A stretch of DNA of 64,000 nt from an uncultured virus (IMG/VR IMGVR_UViG_3300039136_000054) (taxonomy: Duplodnaviria > Heunggongvirae > Uroviricota > Caudoviricetes), in the IMG/VR virus record IMGVR_UViG_3300039136_000054. One strand, written 5' to 3'. Position 1 is the first letter of the stretch. The number at the start of each line of letters is the position of its first letter. The notes under the pieces were generated by a model. It saw only the letters and a list, made by a program, of their open reading frames with translations. It did no database searches and was not told where the DNA came from. A program made the position numbers and the translations under genes. Shown here piece by piece: positions 30,464-38,952 of this stretch.

Positions 30464-30586
30464 AGGGAATATCCCCTGCTCGTCAGCAGGGGAGGCACCA
30501 AGAGGGTTCCCACCTCTCTCCCACGCGGGTTGGATTCCGATTCTTTTTTCTCTCGGAGACGTGAGCACGGATGTATTCCAGTCCGT
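30464..30586 (-). ncRNA. Candidate structured RNA between tRNA-Ala and tRNA-Asn
   Basis: Four stems plus loop-tail complementarity GGAATA/TATTCC (see findings). Confidence 0.55.
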
Positions 30587-30588
30587 TA

Positions 30589-30661
30589 TGGAGAATAGGA
30601 GACTCGAACTCCTGACATCCTGCTTGCAAAGCAGGCGCTCTACCAGCTGAGCTAATTCCCC
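30589..30661 (-). tRNA. tRNA-Ala(TGC)
   Basis: GGGGAATTAGCTCAG...CCTGC-TT-TGC-AA-GCAGG...GTTCGAGTC...TTCTCCA. Confidence 0.95.
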
Positions 30662-31242
30662 GCAGGTACAAGTGGTTTATGATAGTTAAACCAACCTGTA
30701 ATGATGTACTTATGCTCATTTGGAGCAACTTCTCCCCTATGAGTATAGGTCCAATCACCTGGCCAGATCAAGGTTTTACCCTTTCTTGCCTGAACTGTGT
30801 GTTTCTGATGATAGAACTCGGTTCCACCACCTTCTTCCACATGATTAAGATAAGTCATCCAAACTAGATGCCTATCATTATATGGATGAATTGCATTACA
30901 ACGTTCTGTATGCCAGTTGTAAAAACCTTCACCTGGTTTATACCACTGGATATTGAATCCCTCGACTAATCCCCAAGGACCGTATTCGTTACAATAAGGA
31001 AACTTGCGAACATACTCGTCAGTACAGTCTCTCAACTGTTCGACATAATTTGCTATAACAGGAAGGTTTTCCCATTCCGAGTTAAACATGGTAAGATCAG
31101 TAGATTTCTTACCTTCGTCAGGACCACCATATGTAATGCCAGGACAACGATGTATTTTAGCAAACCTAGAGTTGTGAAAGAAATCAATGATTTCATCACA
31201 AATAGAGATGTCTCTGATGTAAGTTTCTAAAGTAAAATCCAT
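30652..31242 (-). CDS. 2OG-Fe(II) oxygenase
   Basis: YNWHTE...LVWMTYLN..EGGGTEF...WPGDWTYTHRG...KYIITGW. Confidence 0.85.
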   Translation of the reverse strand: MDFTLETYIRDISICDEIIDFFHNSRFAKIHRCPGITYGGPDEGKKSTDLTMFNSEWENLPVIANYVEQLRDCTDEYVRKFPYCNEYGPWGLVEGFNIQWYKPGEGFYNWHTERCNAIHPYNDRHLVWMTYLNHVEEGGGTEFYHQKHTVQARKGKTLIWPGDWTYTHRGEVAPNEHKYIITGWFNYHKPLVPAGN

Positions 31243-31253
31243 GTTATCCTGAA

Positions 31254-31335
31254 TGTCGGTGAGAGGACTTGAACCTCCACGTCATAAGACACTAGAACCT
31301 AAACCTAGCGCGTCTACCGATTCCGCCACACCGAC
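31254..31335 (-). tRNA. tRNA-Leu(TAG)
   Basis: GTCGGTGTGGCGGAATCGGTAGACGC...CTAGG-TT-TAG-GT-TCTAG, long variable arm, GGTTCAAGTCC. Confidence 0.95.
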
Positions 31336-31384
31336 GAAAAGGGGGCACTGCTTCTATACGCAGATCTTTTGTACTCCCCCAAAG

Positions 31385-31458
31385 AGCCACATGTCGGACT
31401 TGAACCGACGACCTACGGTTTACAAAACCGTTGCTCTATCCAGCTGAGCTAAAGTGGC
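31385..31458 (-). tRNA. tRNA-Thr(TGT)
   Basis: GCCACTTTAGCTCAG...ACGGT-TT-TGT-AA-ACCGT...GGTTCAAGTCC. Confidence 0.95.
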
Positions 31459-31991
31459 ATCTTGGTAAATTCAAACTCCCCAAAGCGTCCGCCCCAGACT
31501 TGTTCTGTAGTTCCTACAAGGAATCCACGATCAACCACATTATAAAAGTCTACGCCAAGAGTTGCCTCATTTCTGACATAGGTCATTTGATCTGCCTTGT
31601 AGGGAACCAGACACTCACAACCGTCGATAGCACCATGAAATTGGTTTTTATCTGGGTCGTAAGTCATAATTGTATCACACTTTGCCTTGTGTGTCAACCC
31701 CTTGTCGTATTTGATTTGATCTAAATTTAAAGCACCCAAATAACGCCATTTCTCAAAGTCATAATTAAGGACTCTAATCTGCCCGTTAGGGTCTTCAACG
31801 GCTTCTACAATAAACTGCCTATATGGCGCATGTAGTTTGTAATTGTACGCCTGCTCACCATAAAACATAGAATCCGTGCCAGGGACTTTATGATGAGTTA
31901 GGCGCACCATAGCGAACCTAGAGGGGTTGGAAAATGCCTGAACTTTGTTCTCCCACGTTCCCTCAAACCATTCTATAAATTTATCAATCAT
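31449..31991 (-). CDS. cpeT: CpeT/CpcT-like phycobiliprotein lyase
   Basis: FEGTWENKVQAFSNP...FYGEQAYNY..APYRQ...VDRGF...QVWG...FEF; start reassigned to MIDKFIEW (31991). Confidence 0.85.
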   Translation of the reverse strand: MIDKFIEWFEGTWENKVQAFSNPSRFAMVRLTHHKVPGTDSMFYGEQAYNYKLHAPYRQFIVEAVEDPNGQIRVLNYDFEKWRYLGALNLDQIKYDKGLTHKAKCDTIMTYDPDKNQFHGAIDGCECLVPYKADQMTYVRNEATLGVDFYNVVDRGFLVGTTEQVWGGRFGEFEFTKMPL

Positions 31992-32250
31992 CTTTAGGTA
32001 ATAGCTCTGGATTGTCAACAGTGAGTTCAAACATACATGGATGACATTCCTCCGCCATGAGATATGAAGACCATTTATAGAGTTCTTCATCATCCCAGTC
32101 TCGTCCTTCCAACGCTTCTGTTTGAATCGCTGGATGATCTTGGACAATCAGCGGAAGTTCGTCAAAGGTATATGGTATACCTTGAATGAAATACATCCGC
32201 ACTACGTTTCCCATGTAGAAACAATATGCTTGGGTTAGTGTGTATTCCAT
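31984..32250 (-). CDS. Hypothetical protein
   Basis: 88-aa ORF downstream of a TAAATA late-promoter-like motif. Confidence 0.7.
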   Translation of the reverse strand: MEYTLTQAYCFYMGNVVRMYFIQGIPYTFDELPLIVQDHPAIQTEALEGRDWDDEELYKWSSYLMAEECHPCMFELTVDNPELLPKDD

Positions 32251-32283
32251 AACATTTCCACTACATTTTATTTAGTAGCGGAA

Positions 32284-32368
32284 TAGGGCAAGCGAGACTT
32301 GAACTCGCACGAACTTTACGTTCAACAGATTTTAAGTCTGGTGTGTCTACCGATTCCACCACTGCCCC
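32284..32368 (-). tRNA. tRNA-Leu(TAA)
   Basis: GGGGCAGTGGTGGAATCGGTAGACAC...CCAGA-CT-TAA-AA-TCTG, long variable arm, GTTCAAGTC. Confidence 0.93.
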
Positions 32369-32387
32369 TTGGGACCTCTGTATTATA

Positions 32388-32633
32388 TCACAGAAACATC
32401 CCTTTGTCACTCATATAACGAAGTGCTTCCTTCATTCCACCGATATGCTTGTCGCCAATGGCAATTTGTGGAAAAGTAGCATCTTCGCCAAATTCTTGCT
32501 GAAATGCATTCTGGGTAAAGTGCTTATCTAGACGATATTCGAGATATTCGTCGATATTCTTCAAATCTTGGAGCAACATGCCCATGCGCTCACACTCTTG
32601 ACTGCCGTTACTGTAGATTACTGCTGTGGTCAT
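32388..32633 (-). CDS. Glutaredoxin-like protein (SQEC)
   Basis: IYS..SQECER...TFPQI.IGDKHIGG. Confidence 0.8.
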   Translation of the reverse strand: MTTAVIYSNGSQECERMGMLLQDLKNIDEYLEYRLDKHFTQNAFQQEFGEDATFPQIAIGDKHIGGMKEALRYMSDKGMFL

Positions 32634-32746
32634 ATTCGATGACGATTTTTTTGTGTTGAATTTTTTTGTCGCAACAGACGATATATTTTACTTCAGCGTC
32701 TAATAACTCGCCAACCTTCTCTAGGAGATTTTTGGCGATATTCATA

Positions 32747-33061
32747 TTAGTCACGCTGACGCCAGTCGTCTGGTTTGTCTCGTCCGAACCATTCGTTGAT
32801 GTCATCTGCACCGTCAAATCCAGTTTTGTAGTTATTTGGGTCAGGATCGCCTAAACCCATTTTGTTCATAAAATCGTCCATGCTACCCTCTTGGATATCT
32901 TGAGCAGCTTGTCTTCGTGCCTTGTTTAACCAATCTCGGGCAGTAGTATGTCTCTTGGCGAGTTTCTCTGCCCAAATCATATCTTCGAGTTTTACCTCTT
33001 CCTTATTTGCAATCTTCTTGCAGATAAACTCCAGTCGGAGTCTATATTGAGTTGACAGCAT
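32747..33061 (-). CDS. Hypothetical protein
   Basis: 104-aa ORF MLSTQYRLRLEFICKKI in early operon. Confidence 0.7.
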   Translation of the reverse strand: MLSTQYRLRLEFICKKIANKEEVKLEDMIWAEKLAKRHTTARDWLNKARRQAAQDIQEGSMDDFMNKMGLGDPDPNNYKTGFDGADDINEWFGRDKPDDWRQRD

Positions 33062-33064
33062 AAA

Positions 33065-33259
33065 TCACTCGCGCAGTTTTAGCTCTAAATCTTCGAGTTT
33101 GTGATACTCTGCATGTGCCGCTTCTTGACGGTCACACACAATATTTAGAATGTCATCCATGATAATGTCGTTATCGACATAATCGTCAAGGTACTTGTCG
33201 ATTGCTTCTTTCAAATACCTATATCTATGCCACTCTGGTGAATATGGTTTGTAGTGCAT
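33065..33259 (-). CDS. Hypothetical protein
   Basis: 64-aa ORF directly downstream of consensus promoter. Confidence 0.7.
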   Translation of the reverse strand: MHYKPYSPEWHRYRYLKEAIDKYLDDYVDNDIIMDDILNIVCDRQEAAHAEYHKLEDLELKLRE

Positions 33260-33281
33260 GATAAAGCGAATTCATACAACG

Positions 33282-33310
33282 ATTATAGGGCATTGCCGCC
33301 GTTTTGTCAA
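33282..33310 (-). promoter_or_regulatory. Sigma70 consensus early promoter
   Basis: Perfect TTGACA-N17-TATAAT. Confidence 0.85.
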
Positions 33311-33311
33311 C

Positions 33312-33383
33312 TCGACCTTTCGGACGAAAAATTGGTGGCGAATTTTTTTCGGAATTCTGGTAACCGAAAGTCGAATTTCAGTT
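33312..33383. repeat. Intergenic A/T-tract element, copy 1
   Basis: Similar to 45119-45189 (shared TTTTCGGAATTCwGGTAAmCGrAA...AATTTCAGTT). Confidence 0.6.
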
Positions 33384-34502
33384 GAGGAAGATCGACAGAC
33401 CTTTGATGGTTAGTGTACCAGCTGGGTTCATGATGTCAAGGGTGCCTACCTTGTTAGTAACAACACTGTTACCTTTCATAGCAGTGATAGCAAACGCAGC
33501 ACCAGACTTCATGAGGAATCCCATCTTATTGACACCTAGAGTCAAGGAATAGGTCTGTGTAGGTGGTTTCTTGTCAGTAATTGCTTTGAGACCAAAGATT
33601 TTCTCTTCCTTTGGACCATAGATTTTTTCAACTGACTTCTGCAAAACTTTGATGCCCAGACCACCAGTAGTTGACTGAATGTTGACGTTCTTCAAAGACC
33701 TCAAATTAAGGCGTCCACCCTGAACATCAACCTCATAACTTCCCTGGATCTTATGTGTAACATCACCAGAGGTGTTAATAACATGAGTAGCACCAGGTTT
33801 AATCTGCTGGTCAACTACAACCTCACCAGTTCCTTTGGTGATCTTACGACCATCAATGTTCTCATTTAAAAATTCTGCGTCAAATGTGATGTCGCCTGCA
33901 AATACATTAAACTTGCCGCTACCATCACCAACCTCAATGTTAACAACTTCTCCTGCTTTGAGTGTTAGAGTCTTGATAGCATGGATAAGTACGTTGTCTC
34001 CCTTGATGCCACAATCATCTCCCGATGCTTCAATAGCAACACCTCCCTCTGCCATGACAGAATAGGCAGGGTCCTCTTTAGTTGCGCTTCCAGTTCCTGT
34101 TCTAGTAGACCCAACTCTCTCTGAATCCTTTGGACCCGTTGCTTGAATAGCAATAGTTCCAGATGCTTTCTGGATTTGATCACCTGTATTCAGAATTAGT
34201 TTGCCACCACAACCTGCTTGTCCTGGCACACCAGTAGAGAACGTCATGTTGCCGTTCTCATCAAAGAACATGGCACTTTGACCATTGGTGACCGTGTAAC
34301 CGCCTGGTTGTCCGTCGTCACCCCTCCAACTCATGCAGGTCCAACCATCAGACACCCAGTGTACTGTTGGTTTGCCATTACAAAATGCATCATCAGATAC
34401 GCTTGCTTTTCTACCACCAGCTGGTTCTGCTGCAGGTTGCCCTGAAGTAGAACCCTGGTGTGATTTATCGACGTTTGGTTTAGTATCAGACATTATGGGC
34501 AA
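33378..34502 (-). CDS. gp5 C-terminal-like beta-helix spike protein
   Basis: Short beta-strand repeats, ends TLTIKGLSIFLN like gp5/VgrG termini; follows gp5 N-terminal gene. Confidence 0.6.
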   Translation of the reverse strand: MPIMSDTKPNVDKSHQGSTSGQPAAEPAGGRKASVSDDAFCNGKPTVHWVSDGWTCMSWRGDDGQPGGYTVTNGQSAMFFDENGNMTFSTGVPGQAGCGGKLILNTGDQIQKASGTIAIQATGPKDSERVGSTRTGTGSATKEDPAYSVMAEGGVAIEASGDDCGIKGDNVLIHAIKTLTLKAGEVVNIEVGDGSGKFNVFAGDITFDAEFLNENIDGRKITKGTGEVVVDQQIKPGATHVINTSGDVTHKIQGSYEVDVQGGRLNLRSLKNVNIQSTTGGLGIKVLQKSVEKIYGPKEEKIFGLKAITDKKPPTQTYSLTLGVNKMGFLMKSGAAFAITAMKGNSVVTNKVGTLDIMNPAGTLTIKGLSIFLN

Positions 34503-37500
34503 TCAATATAACGACCAGTTCCAATCTTAACGAGTCCTCTGCTGTTGAGATCCTCGGAGGAGAGACAGATCATGTTTGGTAGAACAATAGCACCAGATCC
34601 TCCACCACCAATCAGTTTAACGACTGGTTTCTTATCATTGTATGTCTTTGTTCTGTCCTTGATCTGGACACTCGTAACATATCCTCTTTCATCAATGATA
34701 GCAGTTGCCAAATTTGGATCTCCATTTATGTATACTTCGGGAGCAGACGTATATCTGATACCAGGAGAGATAAGAGTAAAGGAATCGATGATGCATTGTA
34801 CATCATTATCTTTTGCTAGGTTACGTTTGTATCCTAGTCCACCTCTAGTAACTCTGATCTCCGACACAAATCCGTTGGTGTCAAGAAGAGCGATAGCAGT
34901 AGCACCATACCCTTCTCCAGAGATGATAACTTGAGGTGCTTCGGAGTATGACTCACCAGTATCATTGATAGGGATGCTAACAATAGATCCATCGGAACCA
35001 GTGATAGGATCACCTGCCGTTGGTTTGTTAGGAACGTATTCAGGTACAATATCCTTCTCGTCATCGTCATTGACGCCATCACCATCTAGATCCTCAAACC
35101 CACCACTAGCAAAGATGGTTGCAGAAGCTGATGCAGATGTTCCCATAATTCGGAACGTCAAGTTCTCTGCAGGTTCTATTCTTTCATCTTCCAAGATACC
35201 AACAATAACTCTTGCTTGGTTATCCTTGATCTTGAATTTACCAGTGATTGTACCACCAACAAAATCATTAGCGTCAACATCACCTAGAATAACCCAATCA
35301 AACTCTGTGTTGTCATCGACATTCACACTTGTGATAGAGAAGATGATGTCTTCACCCTCTATGTAAGCAGGTTTGTCAGTGGTAACAGAGATGCTAGATT
35401 CAACTCCTAATTCAGGATCAAGTGGCGAATCAGGGAACAGAGATTCCTCATAGTCTGCTGCAATATCTGTGTCAGCAAAGGAACCTGTATCAAAATTTGC
35501 GTCAGCAAGTTCGGTGTTTCCTGGATCAAACAGAGTGAGTCTGAATGTTTGAATCCGACCCAACTCAATCTCTTCTTGCATAGTAAGAGTAATCGTGCCT
35601 CTACAACGTGGGATAGAGATTGTTTGTAGATCTCCTTCCTCGTCAAGGAATTCTTCTGTTAAAGTTTCATATTCAGATACCGTAACAGTTCCTGTGAGAG
35701 ATGGATTAGCATCATCTATGTACTCTTCTACTATATCACCAGTCAACTCATAAGTCAAGACAGCACCATGTGCTACGTTAGAAGTGTTGACCGTGAACGT
35801 TACGGTGTCACCACCAGCAACGATGGTCGGATCACCAATGACAGAGTAAACCTTGCTGCCATCAAAGGTGACAGGCAGTGAGATGTCATCGTCATCATCG
35901 TCATCATCAGGACCACCAAAGATATCATCTGGGATGTCATCATCATCTGGGAAGATATCATCATCAGGATCGTCATCAGGATCGTCATCAGGAATCACAG
36001 GACGATCAAACTCTGGTGTGTCGGGTCTACCAGGACCAGGTGGTTTTGGTGGACCAGGTGGTTCTGGGATTGGTTCTGCTGGGACACCACCAACAAAAAT
36101 AACTCTAGTTCCTTTAGGATCTAGGTAGTCTTGACTCTCTTCACAGTAGAATCTCTCACCAGTATCACCCGCTTCGATATCATCGAGCATTTTGTCCAAC
36201 CAGTCATCATCGTCTTCATCCTTGGAGCAATCAGTACACTTAACAGTTTCCTTTGGACAGTTACTATCAGGACCACTACAAGAGATGCCTAGGAATGACA
36301 TGACCTTTGAGATGGCACCACCAATCATGTTTAACGGTGATGCTATGATTGATAATATACTCTGTAAAGGTCCAAGTATACTACTTATCAAACCTTCAAT
36401 AAGTTCTAGGATCTTATTGATGATACCTTCTACCAAGTTAATGACTGCACATGCTGCTGGAGAGAAGACATCCATGATAAAATTGAACAGCAAGTTCGTC
36501 AGGAACGCTGCAATTCTATCGGTGATATTCTCGATGGAACAACCGAGTGCCTTTAGGATCTGCTCTAGTACCTTCTGAATTCCATCAAGCAAACGACCTT
36601 TCTTACCAACAGATTTGTGGTCCTGCTCTACATCTTTGGGTACTTTCTCTTTCTGTTGTTTGAATACTTCAATACCTAACAGACCGTTGATTAGATCTTG
36701 AATACCCTGACGTAGATTCCTAATGATTTCAGACTGGGTGCGACCTAACAAGCTACGGACAAGTCTAGTGACTCTACCGATATGATGTCTAGCAATCGCT
36801 ACCTTGTCATACAAGAAACCATTAACCTTACTGACATAGAAGTTACCTAACTGACCACCAGACTGTTGATTAGCAGCGAGCATCTCACCAATGATGTTCT
36901 GCATCTGCTTACCGAAGTTGCTCTCCGTACCACACTTCGGGTTAGCAATAGTAACACAGTTCTGCGATCCAATAGGATTAGTCTCGCTATGCTTTGCACG
37001 TAGAGCAGCAATGATAGCAGGAGCACCCTTCTCCTCGTTAGAACGAGCAGCAGCTGGTTCACCACCATCTATGTTAGCACCAGTCTCGGGGTCGGTTCCG
37101 TTGGTGCTATCTTGAGACCTATCTATCTGTGGGATAACATCAGCAGCACGTTGCCTCTCCAGTCCTCGGGGACCATCGCCACCACCTTGACTGTCCTGAT
37201 TGACAACAACAGTAGATGATTTAGTGTGACCAATAGATCCCATGATGACAGGCTTCTGCTTGTCATTATCAAGGAAGAAACCAATGACCCAGTTGCCTGC
37301 ACGAAGTTCTGCAGTAGCACTTGACTTACCATCACTGAATGGTGTAGTCACAGGCATGACTACGTTTGCCCAAGGCAGTTGCTCTGTTGGTGTCTGCTGT
37401 CCCTCCTTTAGGTGTACACCAACGATACGCACACGATATCTACCAGACTTCTTGGGGTCACTCTCTCTCCCCGTCTCAACCTGTCCAATCCACCAGTTGA

Positions 37501-37555
37501 AACCATCAGAACCTATTGAGTTTGTCTGTAATAATGACGATAATACTGGATCCAT
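34493..37555 (-). CDS. gp5: Baseplate hub/spike protein gp5 (OB-fold N-terminus, extended)
   Basis: GFNWWIGQVE...GRYRVRIVGVH...EQLPWA...WVIGFFLD...PVIMGS. Confidence 0.85.
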   Translation of the reverse strand: MDPVLSSLLQTNSIGSDGFNWWIGQVETGRESDPKKSGRYRVRIVGVHLKEGQQTPTEQLPWANVVMPVTTPFSDGKSSATAELRAGNWVIGFFLDNDKQKPVIMGSIGHTKSSTVVVNQDSQGGGDGPRGLERQRAADVIPQIDRSQDSTNGTDPETGANIDGGEPAAARSNEEKGAPAIIAALRAKHSETNPIGSQNCVTIANPKCGTESNFGKQMQNIIGEMLAANQQSGGQLGNFYVSKVNGFLYDKVAIARHHIGRVTRLVRSLLGRTQSEIIRNLRQGIQDLINGLLGIEVFKQQKEKVPKDVEQDHKSVGKKGRLLDGIQKVLEQILKALGCSIENITDRIAAFLTNLLFNFIMDVFSPAACAVINLVEGIINKILELIEGLISSILGPLQSILSIIASPLNMIGGAISKVMSFLGISCSGPDSNCPKETVKCTDCSKDEDDDDWLDKMLDDIEAGDTGERFYCEESQDYLDPKGTRVIFVGGVPAEPIPEPPGPPKPPGPGRPDTPEFDRPVIPDDDPDDDPDDDIFPDDDDIPDDIFGGPDDDDDDDDISLPVTFDGSKVYSVIGDPTIVAGGDTVTFTVNTSNVAHGAVLTYELTGDIVEEYIDDANPSLTGTVTVSEYETLTEEFLDEEGDLQTISIPRCRGTITLTMQEEIELGRIQTFRLTLFDPGNTELADANFDTGSFADTDIAADYEESLFPDSPLDPELGVESSISVTTDKPAYIEGEDIIFSITSVNVDDNTEFDWVILGDVDANDFVGGTITGKFKIKDNQARVIVGILEDERIEPAENLTFRIMGTSASASATIFASGGFEDLDGDGVNDDDEKDIVPEYVPNKPTAGDPITGSDGSIVSIPINDTGESYSEAPQVIISGEGYGATAIALLDTNGFVSEIRVTRGGLGYKRNLAKDNDVQCIIDSFTLISPGIRYTSAPEVYINGDPNLATAIIDERGYVTSVQIKDRTKTYNDKKPVVKLIGGGGSGAIVLPNMICLSSEDLNSRGLVKIGTGRYIDCP
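35961..35993. repeat. 12-bp tandem repeat encoding (PDDD)n in gp5 linker
   Basis: TCATCAGGATCG x2.75. Confidence 0.8.
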
Positions 37556-37572
37556 ACCAATAAGGTTTATTT

Positions 37573-38952
37573 TTATTTAGTTGTGGTATTCGACTCTTCG
37601 TTAGGTCTACCGTAGGAGTCTCTAACTAGAGTCAAGTATGTGTTTGCTCTTCTTGCTTTTGTTTCACATGCGTGATTAAGTTTAGCAACCAAGTAAACAC
37701 CACTGTGCTCTGGATCATATAGGTCTGGTTGTCTATCTTGTGTTGGAATCTGGTTAGGTATTCTTATCTCAACAGTAGAACCAACTCTCAAGTCAAGTCT
37801 GATAGGAACTGTGATCAATACCTGCTGATTGTTCTGCGACTCAAGTCTAGCGATGCTCTGTGCAACATAATTCTTCTGCCAGTCAGGAAACTCGGCAGTG
37901 TTTTGTTTACCACCGTCTGGTTTCTCTGGTGATGCTACCTCGACACCATCAAACCAGGTCTCATGGTCAATCAACACAGACATGATTCTACTTGGAGTAG
38001 CCGCTAGATCTGCTTGTCCTTTAGCAAGACCTGACTGTGATCCAAGATGCTCCATGTCATCGAAAGAATCCTGTAGTTTATAGTTGTACTCCTCGTATGC
38101 ACCTGTGCTGTAGTTGTAGAAACAGATGACATTAGAGAACGTACCCATCCTCAACTTGGTAAGGATGTCAATCTCTTGCTGGAAGTCAATGCTTAAAATC
38201 TTTTGCTGCTTTGACGCACCAGCGACAGCATCAGTCTCTTGCGTGAATATTTCTACTGGAGGATTCTTATCGATAGAATTCAATCTATCAATAGAATTAA
38301 AGTAGTATCCGTCTACGTTCTGATAGAAATAATATCCTGCACTACCAGTTGACTTTGCAAACTCACCCGTGACACTGTTGCTTGAGTTGTTTACCTTACT
38401 GTCTTCAGCAACAGTCTTCATCCTCATCGACTCGATGATAGAGAAAGGAGTCTTCTTACCAGGAAAGAATCTAACCTTAAACATTGCAGGATCTGTTTTA
38501 ATCCTGTCACCAGCAACACCAAGTTCTTCTGTCAATAATTTTCTGACGATACCATCTCCCTTTCCAGTAAGTATAGTACCAACTCTCTTGGATTCATTTA
38601 GCAATGCTTCTGCAGAGATCAACCCAAGAGAATACTTCTGGAATCTATCACCAGAGAATCTACTGTGGATTCTAAAGACCTTGAAGTTATATACCTGCTT
38701 CAGTTTACCATCATCGTCACCAATTTGTACCATAGTAATCTTGATATCCTCATACCCCTGAATAGGTAGAGATGAAATCAAGTTGGCACCAGTGTCAACC
38801 AACTCCAAGTTTGCCTCGAATGTTGGGAGACTAATGTTCTCGAAGTAATCAAACCTGACGACTAGATCGGTAATGTTTTGCTTGTCACCATCAACTGAAG
38901 TAATAATACATTCTTCTAGTTGTAAGTCAGCAGCGTATGATAACTCGGACAT
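37573..38952 (-). CDS. Baseplate hub protein (gp27-like)
   Basis: Position upstream of gp5; YFENI...GYYFYQNVDGYYFNSID...SGVYLVAKLNH. Confidence 0.6.
   Translation of the reverse strand: MSELSYAADLQLEECIITSVDGDKQNITDLVVRFDYFENISLPTFEANLELVDTGANLISSLPIQGYEDIKITMVQIGDDDGKLKQVYNFKVFRIHSRFSGDRFQKYSLGLISAEALLNESKRVGTILTGKGDGIVRKLLTEELGVAGDRIKTDPAMFKVRFFPGKKTPFSIIESMRMKTVAEDSKVNNSSNSVTGEFAKSTGSAGYYFYQNVDGYYFNSIDRLNSIDKNPPVEIFTQETDAVAGASKQQKILSIDFQQEIDILTKLRMGTFSNVICFYNYSTGAYEEYNYKLQDSFDDMEHLGSQSGLAKGQADLAATPSRIMSVLIDHETWFDGVEVASPEKPDGGKQNTAEFPDWQKNYVAQSIARLESQNNQQVLITVPIRLDLRVGSTVEIRIPNQIPTQDRQPDLYDPEHSGVYLVAKLNHACETKARRANTYLTLVRDSYGRPNEESNTTTK

Noticed and set aside
30483..30758. 91-aa ORF, and the plus-strand ORFs at 31253-31724 and 32343-32531
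   Set aside because: They run through tRNA genes or opposite real genes
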